DNA of 64,000 bases from an uncultured Gemmatimonadales bacterium (GTDB lineage Bacteria; Gemmatimonadota; Gemmatimonadetes; Longimicrobiales; RSA9). Location: the NCBI GenBank assembly GCA_963816355.1, contig CAWFKH010000003.1, forward strand, positions 1,056,001 through 1,120,000. Direction: 5' to 3'. The notes below the pieces were generated by a model that had not been told where the DNA came from, ran no database searches, and saw nothing but the letters and a program-made list of their open reading frames with translations. Below are positions 8,354 to 16,864 of the stretch, one piece after another (positions within the stretch are counted from its first letter, which is position 1; each line of letters starts with the position of its first letter). The position numbers and the translations under genes were made by a program.

Positions 8354-8961
8354 GCGCGACTCTGCGGAGATGGATCTGGATCCCGGCGGCGCTGCTTCTC
8401 GCTGGGTGCGGCTACAACACGATCCAGAACAAGGACGAGGCGGTCACGGCCGCGCGGGCGAACATCGACACCGAGCTGATGCGTCGCAACGACCTGATCC
8501 CGAATCTGGTCGCCACGGTCGACGAGGTGGCGAAGTTCGAGAAGCAGACGTACACGCAGGTCGCCCAGGCGCGCTCCGGCGTCGCGCAGGCGCGGCAGCA
8601 GGTCGCCCAGGCCGTCCAGTCGAACGCCCCCGCAGCGGAGCTCGGCCAGGCGAACGCCGCCCTCACCGGCAATCTGCGAACCTTCCTGAACGTGGCCGTC
8701 GAGGCCTATCCGCAGCTTCAGGCGAATCAGAACTTCCGCGGCCTGCAGGACGAGCTCACCGCGACGGAGAACCGCATCGCGGTCGCGCGGCGCGACTACA
8801 ACGAGACCGTGCAGGACTACAACAGCTACGTCCGACGCTTCCCGCAGGCGATCACGGCCCGCGTCATCGGCGCTGGACGCAAGCAGCCGTTCGAAGCGCC
8901 CGCCTCCGCCCGGCAGGCGCCGAAGGTCCAATTCGGCACCGGTGGGTCCGGAAATCCCTGA
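8350..8961 (+). CDS. lemA: LemA family lipoprotein
   Basis: LAGC-GYN lipobox, RRNDLIPNLVATV, VEAYPQLQANQNF, ELTATENRIAVARRDYN, RRFP; ATGA overlap with the upstream gene. Confidence 0.95.
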   Translation: MSATLRRWIWIPAALLLAGCGYNTIQNKDEAVTAARANIDTELMRRNDLIPNLVATVDEVAKFEKQTYTQVAQARSGVAQARQQVAQAVQSNAPAAELGQANAALTGNLRTFLNVAVEAYPQLQANQNFRGLQDELTATENRIAVARRDYNETVQDYNSYVRRFPQAITARVIGAGRKQPFEAPASARQAPKVQFGTGGSGNP

Positions 8962-8999
8962 CGGGTTTTCCTGCATTCTCCCGATAGGGAAGAGCTCCT

Positions 9000-9021
9000 A
9001 CACGGAGTAGCTTCTCCGTGT
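9000..9021. other. Short inverted repeat in the lemA-ccmA spacer
   Basis: ACACGGAG-tagctt-CTCCGTGT; could be a terminator or an operator. Confidence 0.35.
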
Positions 9022-9102
9022 CGCGTACGGATCCGGGGACGGGCGAGACGGCGTCCTCGCGTTGAAGCAGCGCTCCCGTTGCGCTACACTTGAGGATTCG
9101 GG

Positions 9103-9891
9103 ATGCACACGGAACCCCTGACGGTGCTGGAGGACGTGAGATCGGCCCCACGACGATCGGGCGGCGACGCCGCCGCGGTCGAGTTGGACGGCGTCGCGAA
9201 GCGGTACGGCCGCCGGTGGGTCCTGCGGGGGCTCGACCTCGAGCTCGAGGCGGGCAGCGTTCTGGGCATCGTCGGCCGCAACGGGAGCGGCAAGACGACG
9301 CTCCTGCGCGTGCTCGCGACGCTGCATCGCCCGACGCGCGGCCACGCGCGCGTCTTCGGCCACGACGTGGTGGCGGACGCGGACCGGGTGCGCTCCCTCG
9401 TCGGCATGCTGGCACACTCGCCCGGCCTCTATCCCGATCTCACGGCTGCCGAAAACCTCCGCTTCGCCGCCCGCATGCTGGGCCTGAGCGGAGGCGAGGC
9501 GCGCATCGACTGGGCGCTCGACGGGGTGGGCCTGCTGCGCGAGCGCGACGAGCGCGTGCGCTTCTTTTCCGCGGGAATGCAGCGTCGCCTGGCGCTGGCG
9601 CGGCTCCGCCTGCGGCCGCCACGGCTGCTGCTGCTGGACGAGCCGCACTCCGCCTTCGACCCCGAGGGCGTGGAGCTGGTGCACGCGTTCGTGCGGCAGG
9701 TGCAGTCGGCGGGAGGCGCGGTGCTCGTGGCCACGCACGATCCGCTGCGCGCGGAGCGGCTGTGGACGCGCATGGTGCGGCTGGCGGAGGGCGGAATTCA
9801 ACCGACGTCGGTGGAGGAGATCCGACGCGCCGCGGCGCGCGCGATCGCCGACGACGACGGCTCGAGCATGCTGGAGGAGTATGTCGGCTGA
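9103..9891 (+). CDS. ccmA: Heme ABC exporter ATP-binding protein CcmA
   Basis: Walker A GRNGSGKTT, signature FSAGMQRR, Walker B LLLLDEP; first gene of the ccm cluster. Confidence 0.92.
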   Translation: MHTEPLTVLEDVRSAPRRSGGDAAAVELDGVAKRYGRRWVLRGLDLELEAGSVLGIVGRNGSGKTTLLRVLATLHRPTRGHARVFGHDVVADADRVRSLVGMLAHSPGLYPDLTAAENLRFAARMLGLSGGEARIDWALDGVGLLRERDERVRFFSAGMQRRLALARLRLRPPRLLLLDEPHSAFDPEGVELVHAFVRQVQSAGGAVLVATHDPLRAERLWTRMVRLAEGGIQPTSVEEIRRAAARAIADDDGSSMLEEYVG

Positions 9892-10636
9892 GCCCGTGAC
9901 CCTCGCGCGCGGTGCCGGGACCGCGGCCGACGAGGCTTCCCCCGGGCGGGGCGGCTTCGGTCGCGAGATGGCCCGCGCGGCGGCCGTCGCGTGGAAGGAC
10001 CTCACGACGGAGCGGCGCACGAAGGCGAACTTCAACGCGGTCGTCTTCCTGGCGGCGATGACGCTGCTGCTGTTCGGCTTCGCGCTCGGCCCGGATGCGC
10101 AGGCGCTGCGTGACGCCGCAGCCGGCATCCTCTGGTTGACGGTGCTCTTCAGCGGCGTGCTCGCCTTCAACCGCTCCTACGAGCTGGAGCTGGAGGGCGG
10201 AGCGCTCGACCACCTGTTGATGTACCCGGGCGACCGCCGCTCGCTCTTCGTCGGCAAGGTGGCGGCGAACCTCGGCTTCGTGCTGCTCGTCGAGGCGATC
10301 GTCGTGCCGCTGGCCGGTGTGTTGTATGGCCTTCCGCTGCTGCGGCCGGGCGTCGGGCTGGCGGGCGTCTTCATCCTGGGCACGATCGGCTTCGTGACGC
10401 TGGGCACTTTCTACGCATCGATGGCGAGCCGCGTGCGCGCGCGTGAGGTGCTGCTGCCGCTGCTGCTGTTCCCGATGCTGGTGCCGCTGCTCATCGCTTC
10501 GGTGGAGGCGACGGGGGCACTGCTGGCGGGCGACGTCATGGGCGACGCCGGCGCGTGGGTCCGGCTGCTCGTGATCTTCGACCTCGTCTTCCTGATCGCG
10601 ACGTTCTTCGCGTTCGAGTACGTGATCGAGGGCTAG
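9881..10636 (+). CDS. ccmB: Heme exporter protein CcmB
   Basis: WKDLTTERR, GILW, REVLLPLLLFP; multiple TM helices. Confidence 0.93.
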   Translation: MSAEPVTLARGAGTAADEASPGRGGFGREMARAAAVAWKDLTTERRTKANFNAVVFLAAMTLLLFGFALGPDAQALRDAAAGILWLTVLFSGVLAFNRSYELELEGGALDHLLMYPGDRRSLFVGKVAANLGFVLLVEAIVVPLAGVLYGLPLLRPGVGLAGVFILGTIGFVTLGTFYASMASRVRAREVLLPLLLFPMLVPLLIASVEATGALLAGDVMGDAGAWVRLLVIFDLVFLIATFFAFEYVIEG

Positions 10637-10639
10637 AGG

Positions 10640-11383
10640 ATGGACAATGTCCAGACAGTGGAGAGAGCGGTGACGGAGACGGAGGCGTTCACGCCCGCGC
10701 CGCGGTGGCTGCGCGGTCTCGGCTGGGTGGCCTTCGCCGGCGTGCTGGCGGCGCAGGTCTTCGGGATCGTGACGTCGCCGCCGGACCGCGACATGGGCAA
10801 CCTGGAGAAGATGCTGTACGTGCACGTGCCGGCCGCGTGGTGCGCCTTCCTGGCGTTCGGCATCGTGTTCGTGATGAGCGTCGGCTACCTGTGGCGGCGC
10901 AGCGAGCGGCTGGACATGCTCGCGCTCTCCGCCGCGGAGGCGGGGACGGTGCTCACGGCGCTGACCCTGGTGCTCGGGTCGATCTGGGCGCGCCCGACGT
11001 GGGGCGTGTGGTGGACGTGGGATCCGCGGCTGACGACGACGGCGATCCTCTTCGTCGTCTTCGTCGGTTACCTGGCACTGCGGGCGTTCACGGAGGACGC
11101 GGAACGGCGGGCACGCTGGAGCGCGGCGGTGGGCATCCTCGGCTTCGTGAACGTGATCATCGTCTACAAGTCGGTGCAGTGGTGGCGCACGCTTCACCAG
11201 GTGCAGTCGACGATGAGCACGATCGCGCCGGAGTACGGGTGGGCGCTGGCGTGGAACACGCTCGCCTTCACCGTGCTGCTCGTCTACTTCGTGGCGAAGC
11301 GATACGACGTCGCGAAGGCGGAGCGGCTGCTGGAGACGCGGATCGAGGAATCGGCGTTGATGAGCGGAGGAGTACATGTCTGA
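10640..11383 (+). CDS. ccmC: Heme exporter / cytochrome c biogenesis protein CcmC
   Basis: [11 protein letters not shown]-domain [27 protein letters not shown]. Confidence 0.96.
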   Translation: MDNVQTVERAVTETEAFTPAPRWLRGLGWVAFAGVLAAQVFGIVTSPPDRDMGNLEKMLYVHVPAAWCAFLAFGIVFVMSVGYLWRRSERLDMLALSAAEAGTVLTALTLVLGSIWARPTWGVWWTWDPRLTTTAILFVVFVGYLALRAFTEDAERRARWSAAVGILGFVNVIIVYKSVQWWRTLHQVQSTMSTIAPEYGWALAWNTLAFTVLLVYFVAKRYDVAKAERLLETRIEESALMSGGVHV

Positions 11384-11513
11384 GTGGAGCTACGTCATCG
11401 CTGCCTACGCCTTCACCTGGGTGGGCGTGGTCGGTTACGCCGTCTACGTGGCGCGGCGCGCGGCGCGCGTGCGCGAGGCGTGGCGGTGGACCTTCGAGGA
11501 GGAGCCACGATGA
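11376..11513 (+). CDS. ccmD: Heme exporter protein CcmD (45 aa; not in the ORF track)
   Basis: [52 protein letters not shown] has a YVxxAY motif, one TM and a basic tail; overlaps the ccmC stop and ccmE start. Confidence 0.85.
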   Translation: MSEWSYVIAAYAFTWVGVVGYAVYVARRAARVREAWRWTFEEEPR

Positions 11514-11962
11514 GGAATACGCGCGGCCGGACGTTGCTGGGAGTGGGCGTGCTCGCGATCGTCGGCGCCTTCGCCTACCTGATGTACAGCGGGATCGGCG
11601 ACAACCTCGTCTACTTCCTGACGCCCACGGAGCTCCTCGCCAAGGGGCCCACGGCGTACGAGCGACCCGTTCGGCTCGGCGGGCAGGTGGTGCCCGGGAG
11701 CGTGGATTGGGACAAGGACGCCCTCAAGCTCACCTTCAGCATCACCGACGGCACGAAGACGCTCAAGGTCGACTCGCACGGCGCTCCGCCCACGATGTTC
11801 CGGGCCGGCATGGGCGTCGTCGTGGAAGGGAAGTTCGACCGCGGCGGCGTCTTCGAGGCGAAGAACCTGATGGTGAAGCACTCGAACGAGTACCACCCGC
11901 CTACGGCGGGCCACAAGCCGGAAGAGATGTACAAGACCCTGATCCGGAACGGTGAGAGTTGA
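11510..11962 (+). CDS. ccmE: Heme chaperone CcmE
   Basis: N-terminal TM, VYFLTPTE, VRLGGQVVPGS, heme-binding KHSNEY (HxxxY). Confidence 0.95.
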   Translation: MRNTRGRTLLGVGVLAIVGAFAYLMYSGIGDNLVYFLTPTELLAKGPTAYERPVRLGGQVVPGSVDWDKDALKLTFSITDGTKTLKVDSHGAPPTMFRAGMGVVVEGKFDRGGVFEAKNLMVKHSNEYHPPTAGHKPEEMYKTLIRNGES

Positions 11963-13968
11963 CCCGCCTTCTCGGCTATTCCGCCGTCGTCGTCGCGTTC
12001 GCGCTCACCCTCTACGGGCTGGTCGTGCTCGTCGCCGGCGCCCGCACCGGACGCCGCGACCTGCTTCGCAGCGGCGAGACGACGACGTACGCGACCTTCG
12101 CGCTGCTCCTTCTCGCGAACGCGGCGATGGTCTACGGCCTCGTCACGCACGATTTCAGCATCGGCTACGTGGCGCAGGTGGGGAGCCGGTCGACGCCGCT
12201 CTTCTTCACGGTGATCTCGCTGTGGGGCGCGCTCGAGGGGTCGATCCTCTTCTGGGGCTTCGTGCTGGCGACGTACACGGCGACCGCCGTCTACTTCACG
12301 CGACGGCGCGAGGGCGCGCTATACCCGTACGCGTACGCGACGATGCTGGCCGTGCAGGCGTTCTTCTTCCTGCTGCTGCTCGCGCCGGCGAATCCCTTCG
12401 GACAGGTGTCGCCGGTGCCGGTGGACGGGCCGGGGCCGAATCCGCTGCTGCAGAACCACATCCTGATGGGGGTCCACCCGCCCTTCCTCTACATGGGCTA
12501 CGTCGGCATGACGGTGCCGTTCGCCTTCGCGATCGGGGCGCTCGTGTCGGGGCGGCTCGACGACGAGTGGATCGACGTGAGCCGAACGTGGACGATGGTG
12601 GCGTGGAGCTTCCTCTCCGTCGCGATCATGCTCGGGATGTGGTGGTCGTACGACGTGCTGGGGTGGGGCGGCTACTGGGCGTGGGACCCGGTGGAGAACG
12701 CTTCGTTCCTGCCGTGGCTCACGGCCACCGCCTTCCTGCACTCCGTCATGGTGCAGGAGCGGCGAGGCATGCTGCGGCTGTGGAACATGAGCCTCGTCGT
12801 CGCGACGTTCCTGCTCACGGTGCTCGGCACGTTCCTGACGCGCAGCGGCGTCCTCTCCTCCGTGCACGCGTTCTCCGAGGGGACGATCGGCTTCTACTTC
12901 CTCGCGTTCATCGCGCTCACGCTCACCGCTTCCGTGGCGCTGATCGCCGGGCGCAGCCGGGAGCTGTCCAGCGAGGGCTCGCTCGACAGTCCGCTGTCGC
13001 GCGAGACCGTGTTCATGATCAACAACCTGCTCCTGACCGCGTTCACCTTCACGGTCCTGCTCGGCACGCTCTTCCCGCTGGTCGCCGAAGCGTTCCGCGG
13101 CGTGAAGGTCAGCGTGGGCGCGCCGTTCTTCAACCGCATGACGCTGCCGCTCATCATGGCGCTCCTCTTCCTGGTGGGCGTGGGGCCGGCGCTGCCGTGG
13201 CGCCGCCCGAGGCCGGGCACCGGGCGCCGCTTCCTCCTGCCCGCGATCGCGTTCTTCGTCGGCGCCGCCGGCGCGGCGTTCGCGGGCGCCCGATCGCCCT
13301 ACGCGCTCCTCGCCTTCGGCTTCGCGGCGTTCTCGCTCGTGTCGAACCTGATGGAGTTCCAGATCGCCGCTGCGGCTCGGCGCCGCGCCCAGCGGGAGGC
13401 GTGGCCGGTGGCGCTCGTGCGCGCCGTCGCCGCCAACCGCAGGCGCTACGGCGGCTACGTCGCGCACATCGGCCTGATCCTCGCCGCCGTCGGGATCGCC
13501 GGCTCGTCGACCTTCCGCCAGGACCGTGAGACGACGCTGAAAGTGGGCGAGACCGTGCAGATCTCGGACTTCACGGTGGGCCTGCAGCGGATCTTCGCGG
13601 TCCAGCAGCCGCAGCGCTTCTCGGTCGGCGCGGAGGTCGACGTGCAGCGGGGCGGCAAGGTGGTGGGCCAGCTCAGCCCGCGCCTCAACTTCTATCCGAC
13701 GTCGGACCAGCCGGTCGCGACGCCCGCCGTACGCAGCCGGCCGGACAAGGATCTGTACCTGACGCTCCTCTCCTTCGAGCGGGACGGCTCCAGCGCCACG
13801 TTCCGGCTGGTCGTCGAGCCGCTCGTCGGCTGGATCTGGGTGGGCGGCCTCATCGTCGGCCTCGGCGGCGTACTCGCCGGCTGGCCGAAGCGGCGCCGGC
13901 GGCGCACGCCGCCCGCCGGGCCGGCGACGCCGGAAACCGATCGCGAACCGATGCTCGCGGGGGTGTGA
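11959..13968 (+). CDS. ccmF: Cytochrome c heme lyase CcmF
   Basis: WGALEGS, NPLLQN, HPPFLYMGY, WGGYWAWDPVENASFLPWL, TRSGVLSSVHAF, YGGYVAHIG. Confidence 0.97.
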   Translation: MTRLLGYSAVVVAFALTLYGLVVLVAGARTGRRDLLRSGETTTYATFALLLLANAAMVYGLVTHDFSIGYVAQVGSRSTPLFFTVISLWGALEGSILFWGFVLATYTATAVYFTRRREGALYPYAYATMLAVQAFFFLLLLAPANPFGQVSPVPVDGPGPNPLLQNHILMGVHPPFLYMGYVGMTVPFAFAIGALVSGRLDDEWIDVSRTWTMVAWSFLSVAIMLGMWWSYDVLGWGGYWAWDPVENASFLPWLTATAFLHSVMVQERRGMLRLWNMSLVVATFLLTVLGTFLTRSGVLSSVHAFSEGTIGFYFLAFIALTLTASVALIAGRSRELSSEGSLDSPLSRETVFMINNLLLTAFTFTVLLGTLFPLVAEAFRGVKVSVGAPFFNRMTLPLIMALLFLVGVGPALPWRRPRPGTGRRFLLPAIAFFVGAAGAAFAGARSPYALLAFGFAAFSLVSNLMEFQIAAAARRRAQREAWPVALVRAVAANRRRYGGYVAHIGLILAAVGIAGSSTFRQDRETTLKVGETVQISDFTVGLQRIFAVQQPQRFSVGAEVDVQRGGKVVGQLSPRLNFYPTSDQPVATPAVRSRPDKDLYLTLLSFERDGSSATFRLVVEPLVGWIWVGGLIVGLGGVLAGWPKRRRRRTPPAGPATPETDREPMLAGV

Positions 13969-13969
13969 C

Positions 13970-14584
13970 ATGCGACTGCGCATAGCGATCACCACGGGAG
14001 TGGTGGCGATCCCGTTCGTGCTGCTCCTGGCCTTCGGTCTCGGCAAGGATCCGCGCAGCATCCCATCGCCGCTGCCGGGGCGGGATGCGCCCCGCTTCTC
14101 GCTCGCGGCGATGGCGCCTGGGCCGATGGGCACGGCCGCGGACGAGGACACGGTCCACCTGGCCGACCACTCCGGCCAGGTGGTCGTGCTCAACTTCTAC
14201 GCCTCGTGGTGCCTCGCGTGCCGCGACGAGCACGCCGTGCTGTCGATGATGGCGAGCCGCTATCAGGGGCAGCCGGTCCACTTCTACGGCGTCGTCTATG
14301 ACGACAAGCCGGAGAACATGCGACGCTGGATCCAGGAGATGGGCGGGCAGGCCTACCCGTCCTTGATGGATCCGGACTCGCGCACCGCCATCGATTACGG
14401 CCTCTACGGCGTCCCGGAGACGTTCTTCATCGGCCCCGACGGTCGTGTCGCATTCAAGCAGGTGGGGCCGGTGACGCCCGACGTCGTGAGCGAGAAGGTC
14501 GATTCACTCCTCACCATGATCCCCATGCTGCAGCGGGCTCAGCCGCCGGTGGCCGCGCCCCGGCCGACGGAGACGGGGCGGTGA
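13970..14584 (+). CDS. ccmG: Thiol:disulfide interchange protein CcmG/DsbE
   Basis: LNFYASWCLACRDEH, YGLYGVPETFFI; N-terminal membrane anchor. Confidence 0.92.
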   Translation: MRLRIAITTGVVAIPFVLLLAFGLGKDPRSIPSPLPGRDAPRFSLAAMAPGPMGTAADEDTVHLADHSGQVVVLNFYASWCLACRDEHAVLSMMASRYQGQPVHFYGVVYDDKPENMRRWIQEMGGQAYPSLMDPDSRTAIDYGLYGVPETFFIGPDGRVAFKQVGPVTPDVVSEKVDSLLTMIPMLQRAQPPVAAPRPTETGR

Positions 14585-15159
14585 GGCGGCCCCTGCGCCG
14601 GTCCCGGCCGGGTGCCGTCGGGGACACGGCGCGCCGGCTCTCGCTGGCGCTCGCGTTGCTCCTGCCACTCGGAGCACGGCCTGCGGCGGCGCGGGCGACG
14701 TCGCTTCCGGGGCAGGTGCCTTCCGCCGCGACGCAGGCGCCGGCGGCCACGACGACGCAGGCTCTGCCCGACTCCGCGCTCGACGCCGAGACGCGGGCGC
14801 TCGCGGAGCAACTGCGCTGCCCGGTCTGCCAGGGTGTCTCGATCGAGGCGTCGCCCACCGATCTCGCGAAGGAGATGCGGAGCCTGGTGCGGGAGCAGCT
14901 CGCGGCGGGCAGGACGCCGGACCAGGTGAAGGCGTACTTCGTGAGCAAGTACGGCGAGTGGATCCTGCTCGCGCCGAAGGCGAAGGGCTTCAACCTCACG
15001 GTCTACCTCCTGCCGTTCGTCGCCCTGCTGGCCGGTGCGGCGGTGATCGCGCTCGCCGTGCGGCGCTGGACGCGCGCGCCGGGAGGCAACGGCGCGGACG
15101 ACGTCGCGGAGTCGGGTGTGGCCGTGGGCGAGGAGCGCGAGACGCCCGTCCGGCGCTGA
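14581..15159 (+). CDS. ccmH: Cytochrome c biogenesis protein CcmH (no TPR extension)
   Basis: LRCPVCQG, AKEMR, YFVSKYGEWILLAP, C-terminal TM. Confidence 0.93.
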   Translation: MRRPLRRSRPGAVGDTARRLSLALALLLPLGARPAAARATSLPGQVPSAATQAPAATTTQALPDSALDAETRALAEQLRCPVCQGVSIEASPTDLAKEMRSLVREQLAAGRTPDQVKAYFVSKYGEWILLAPKAKGFNLTVYLLPFVALLAGAAVIALAVRRWTRAPGGNGADDVAESGVAVGEERETPVRR

Positions 15160-15243
15160 GTCGCGCCCGCAGGATCCCTCCGCGGGGTCCGCGGTATTAG
15201 GCTGTAGAAACGCGTCCACGCGACCTTGACGGAGTCGGCCCCC

Positions 15244-16113
15244 TTGTATCCGATCCTCTTCCATATCGGCAGCTTCGCCGTGACCAGCTTCGGCGTGATG
15301 ATGTTCCTCGCCTTCATCGCCGCGGCATGGGTGCTGTCGATCCAGATCAAGCGGCGCGGCTACGATCCCGATTTCGCCTGGGACGTGCTGGGTTGGGTCG
15401 CGATCGGCGGCATCCTGGGTGCCAAGCTCTACTACGTCGCGCTGCACTGGGAGGATCTGCTCGCCAATCCGGTCGGCGAGCTGACGAACCGGGCGGGCCT
15501 CGTCTGGTACGGCGGCTTCATCGGCGGCGTGCTCGCCTATCTCTGGCAGGTCCGCCGCAAGAAGCTGCCGGTCGCGCCGATGTTCGACGCGGTCGCGCCC
15601 GCGCTCGCGCTGGCGTACTCGATCGGCCGCATCGGCTGCTTCCTGGTAGGCGACGACTACGGACTCCCGACGCAGCGCTGGTGGGGGATCGCCTTCCCGA
15701 ACGGCTCGCCGCCGAGCACCGCTGGCTACCTTCGCATGGCGGGTGCCGAGGTCCCCGCCTCGGTGCCGAACAGCGCCGTCCTCACCGTGCACCCCACGCA
15801 ACTCTACGAGTCCGCCGCGGCGCTGCTGATCTTCGCGGTCCTGTGGCGGCTCTCGTCCAGGAAGCTCGCGCCGGGACGCCTGTTCGGCGTCTACCTCGTC
15901 CTCTACGGGTTCGAGCGCTTTCTGGTCGAGTTTGTACGCGCGAAGACGGACCGCTTCGTCCTCGGACTCTCGACTTCACAGCTCATGAGCATCGGCGTCG
16001 TCGCGATCGGCCTCTACCTGTGGCAGCGGCGCGTCGACGCGAAGGCGCGGGCCGCCGGCACGGCCGGTGGTGCCGGACCTTCGCGCGCGCCGGCGGCGAC
16101 CGTCCGGAAGTAG
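15244..16113 (+). CDS. lgt: Prolipoprotein diacylglyceryl transferase
   Basis: TTG start gives MYPILFHIG; GAKLYY, GLVWYGGFIGG, GRIGCFLVGDDYG, HPTQLYE, ERFLVEFVR. Confidence 0.93.
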   Translation: MYPILFHIGSFAVTSFGVMMFLAFIAAAWVLSIQIKRRGYDPDFAWDVLGWVAIGGILGAKLYYVALHWEDLLANPVGELTNRAGLVWYGGFIGGVLAYLWQVRRKKLPVAPMFDAVAPALALAYSIGRIGCFLVGDDYGLPTQRWWGIAFPNGSPPSTAGYLRMAGAEVPASVPNSAVLTVHPTQLYESAAALLIFAVLWRLSSRKLAPGRLFGVYLVLYGFERFLVEFVRAKTDRFVLGLSTSQLMSIGVVAIGLYLWQRRVDAKARAAGTAGGAGPSRAPAATVRK

Positions 16114-16152
16114 AAGGCGCCGCTCTCGGCGCCCACTCCTCGGCGCCGGCGC

Positions 16153-16746
16153 TCAGCGCCGGCTGGCCAGCAGACCGGCGAGCGTGGCGAAGTCCGCCTG
16201 CATCTCCGGAAGCAGGCGGCGGCTGCGCAACGCGGCGGCCGGATGGAAGGTGGGGAGGAGGAGGATCTCCCGGCCGCGCCGCTCGATCCCGCGCGCCTGC
16301 CCGTGCACGCGGGTGACTTTCCCCTTCGGATCGAAGACGGAGAGCGCCGTCCGGCCGAGCGTGCACACGACGGCCGGCTGGACGAGGCGGATCTGCTCGT
16401 CGAGCCACGGCGCGTGGGCCCGCACTTCCGGTACGCGGGGCGCGCGGTTTCCCGGAGGGCGGCACGCGACGACGTTCGTCACGAACGCGTCGGCGCGATC
16501 GATGCCCGCCTCCTCGAGCAGCCGGTCCAGCAGGCGGCCGCCGCGCCCCACGAACGGCTCCCCGCGCACATCCTCCTGCGCGCCCGGGGCCTCGCCGATC
16601 AGCATGAGCGTCGCGGGCGATGGCCCCACACCCCGCACGACGCGCGTCCGCTCGCTCGCCAGGGAACAGCGCGTGCAGCAGCGCATCTCGTCGAACAGCG
16701 CCGCGAGCGTCCGCGCCCGCCGGACCTCGGTGGGCCGCCCTTCCAC
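16153..16746 (-). CDS. Uracil-DNA glycosylase, family 4 (Fe-S)
   Basis: CTRCSL, IGEAPGAQED, PFVGRGG, TNVVACRPPGNR, TFHPAA; start approximate. The usual fourth Cys position reads EVRAHAPWL. Confidence 0.9.
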   Translation of the reverse strand: MEGRPTEVRRARTLAALFDEMRCCTRCSLASERTRVVRGVGPSPATLMLIGEAPGAQEDVRGEPFVGRGGRLLDRLLEEAGIDRADAFVTNVVACRPPGNRAPRVPEVRAHAPWLDEQIRLVQPAVVCTLGRTALSVFDPKGKVTRVHGQARGIERRGREILLLPTFHPAAALRSRRLLPEMQADFATLAGLLASRR

Positions 16747-16864
16747 GTACGGCGCCGTGTCGTTCTTCCCCTCCCGGCAATCCCCCAAGTCACTCCTCCC
16801 GCTCGCATGGTCCGGATGGTCCAACGTGTGGCGGCCGCCCCCGCGGCGGCCCGTCGCGGTCCGC

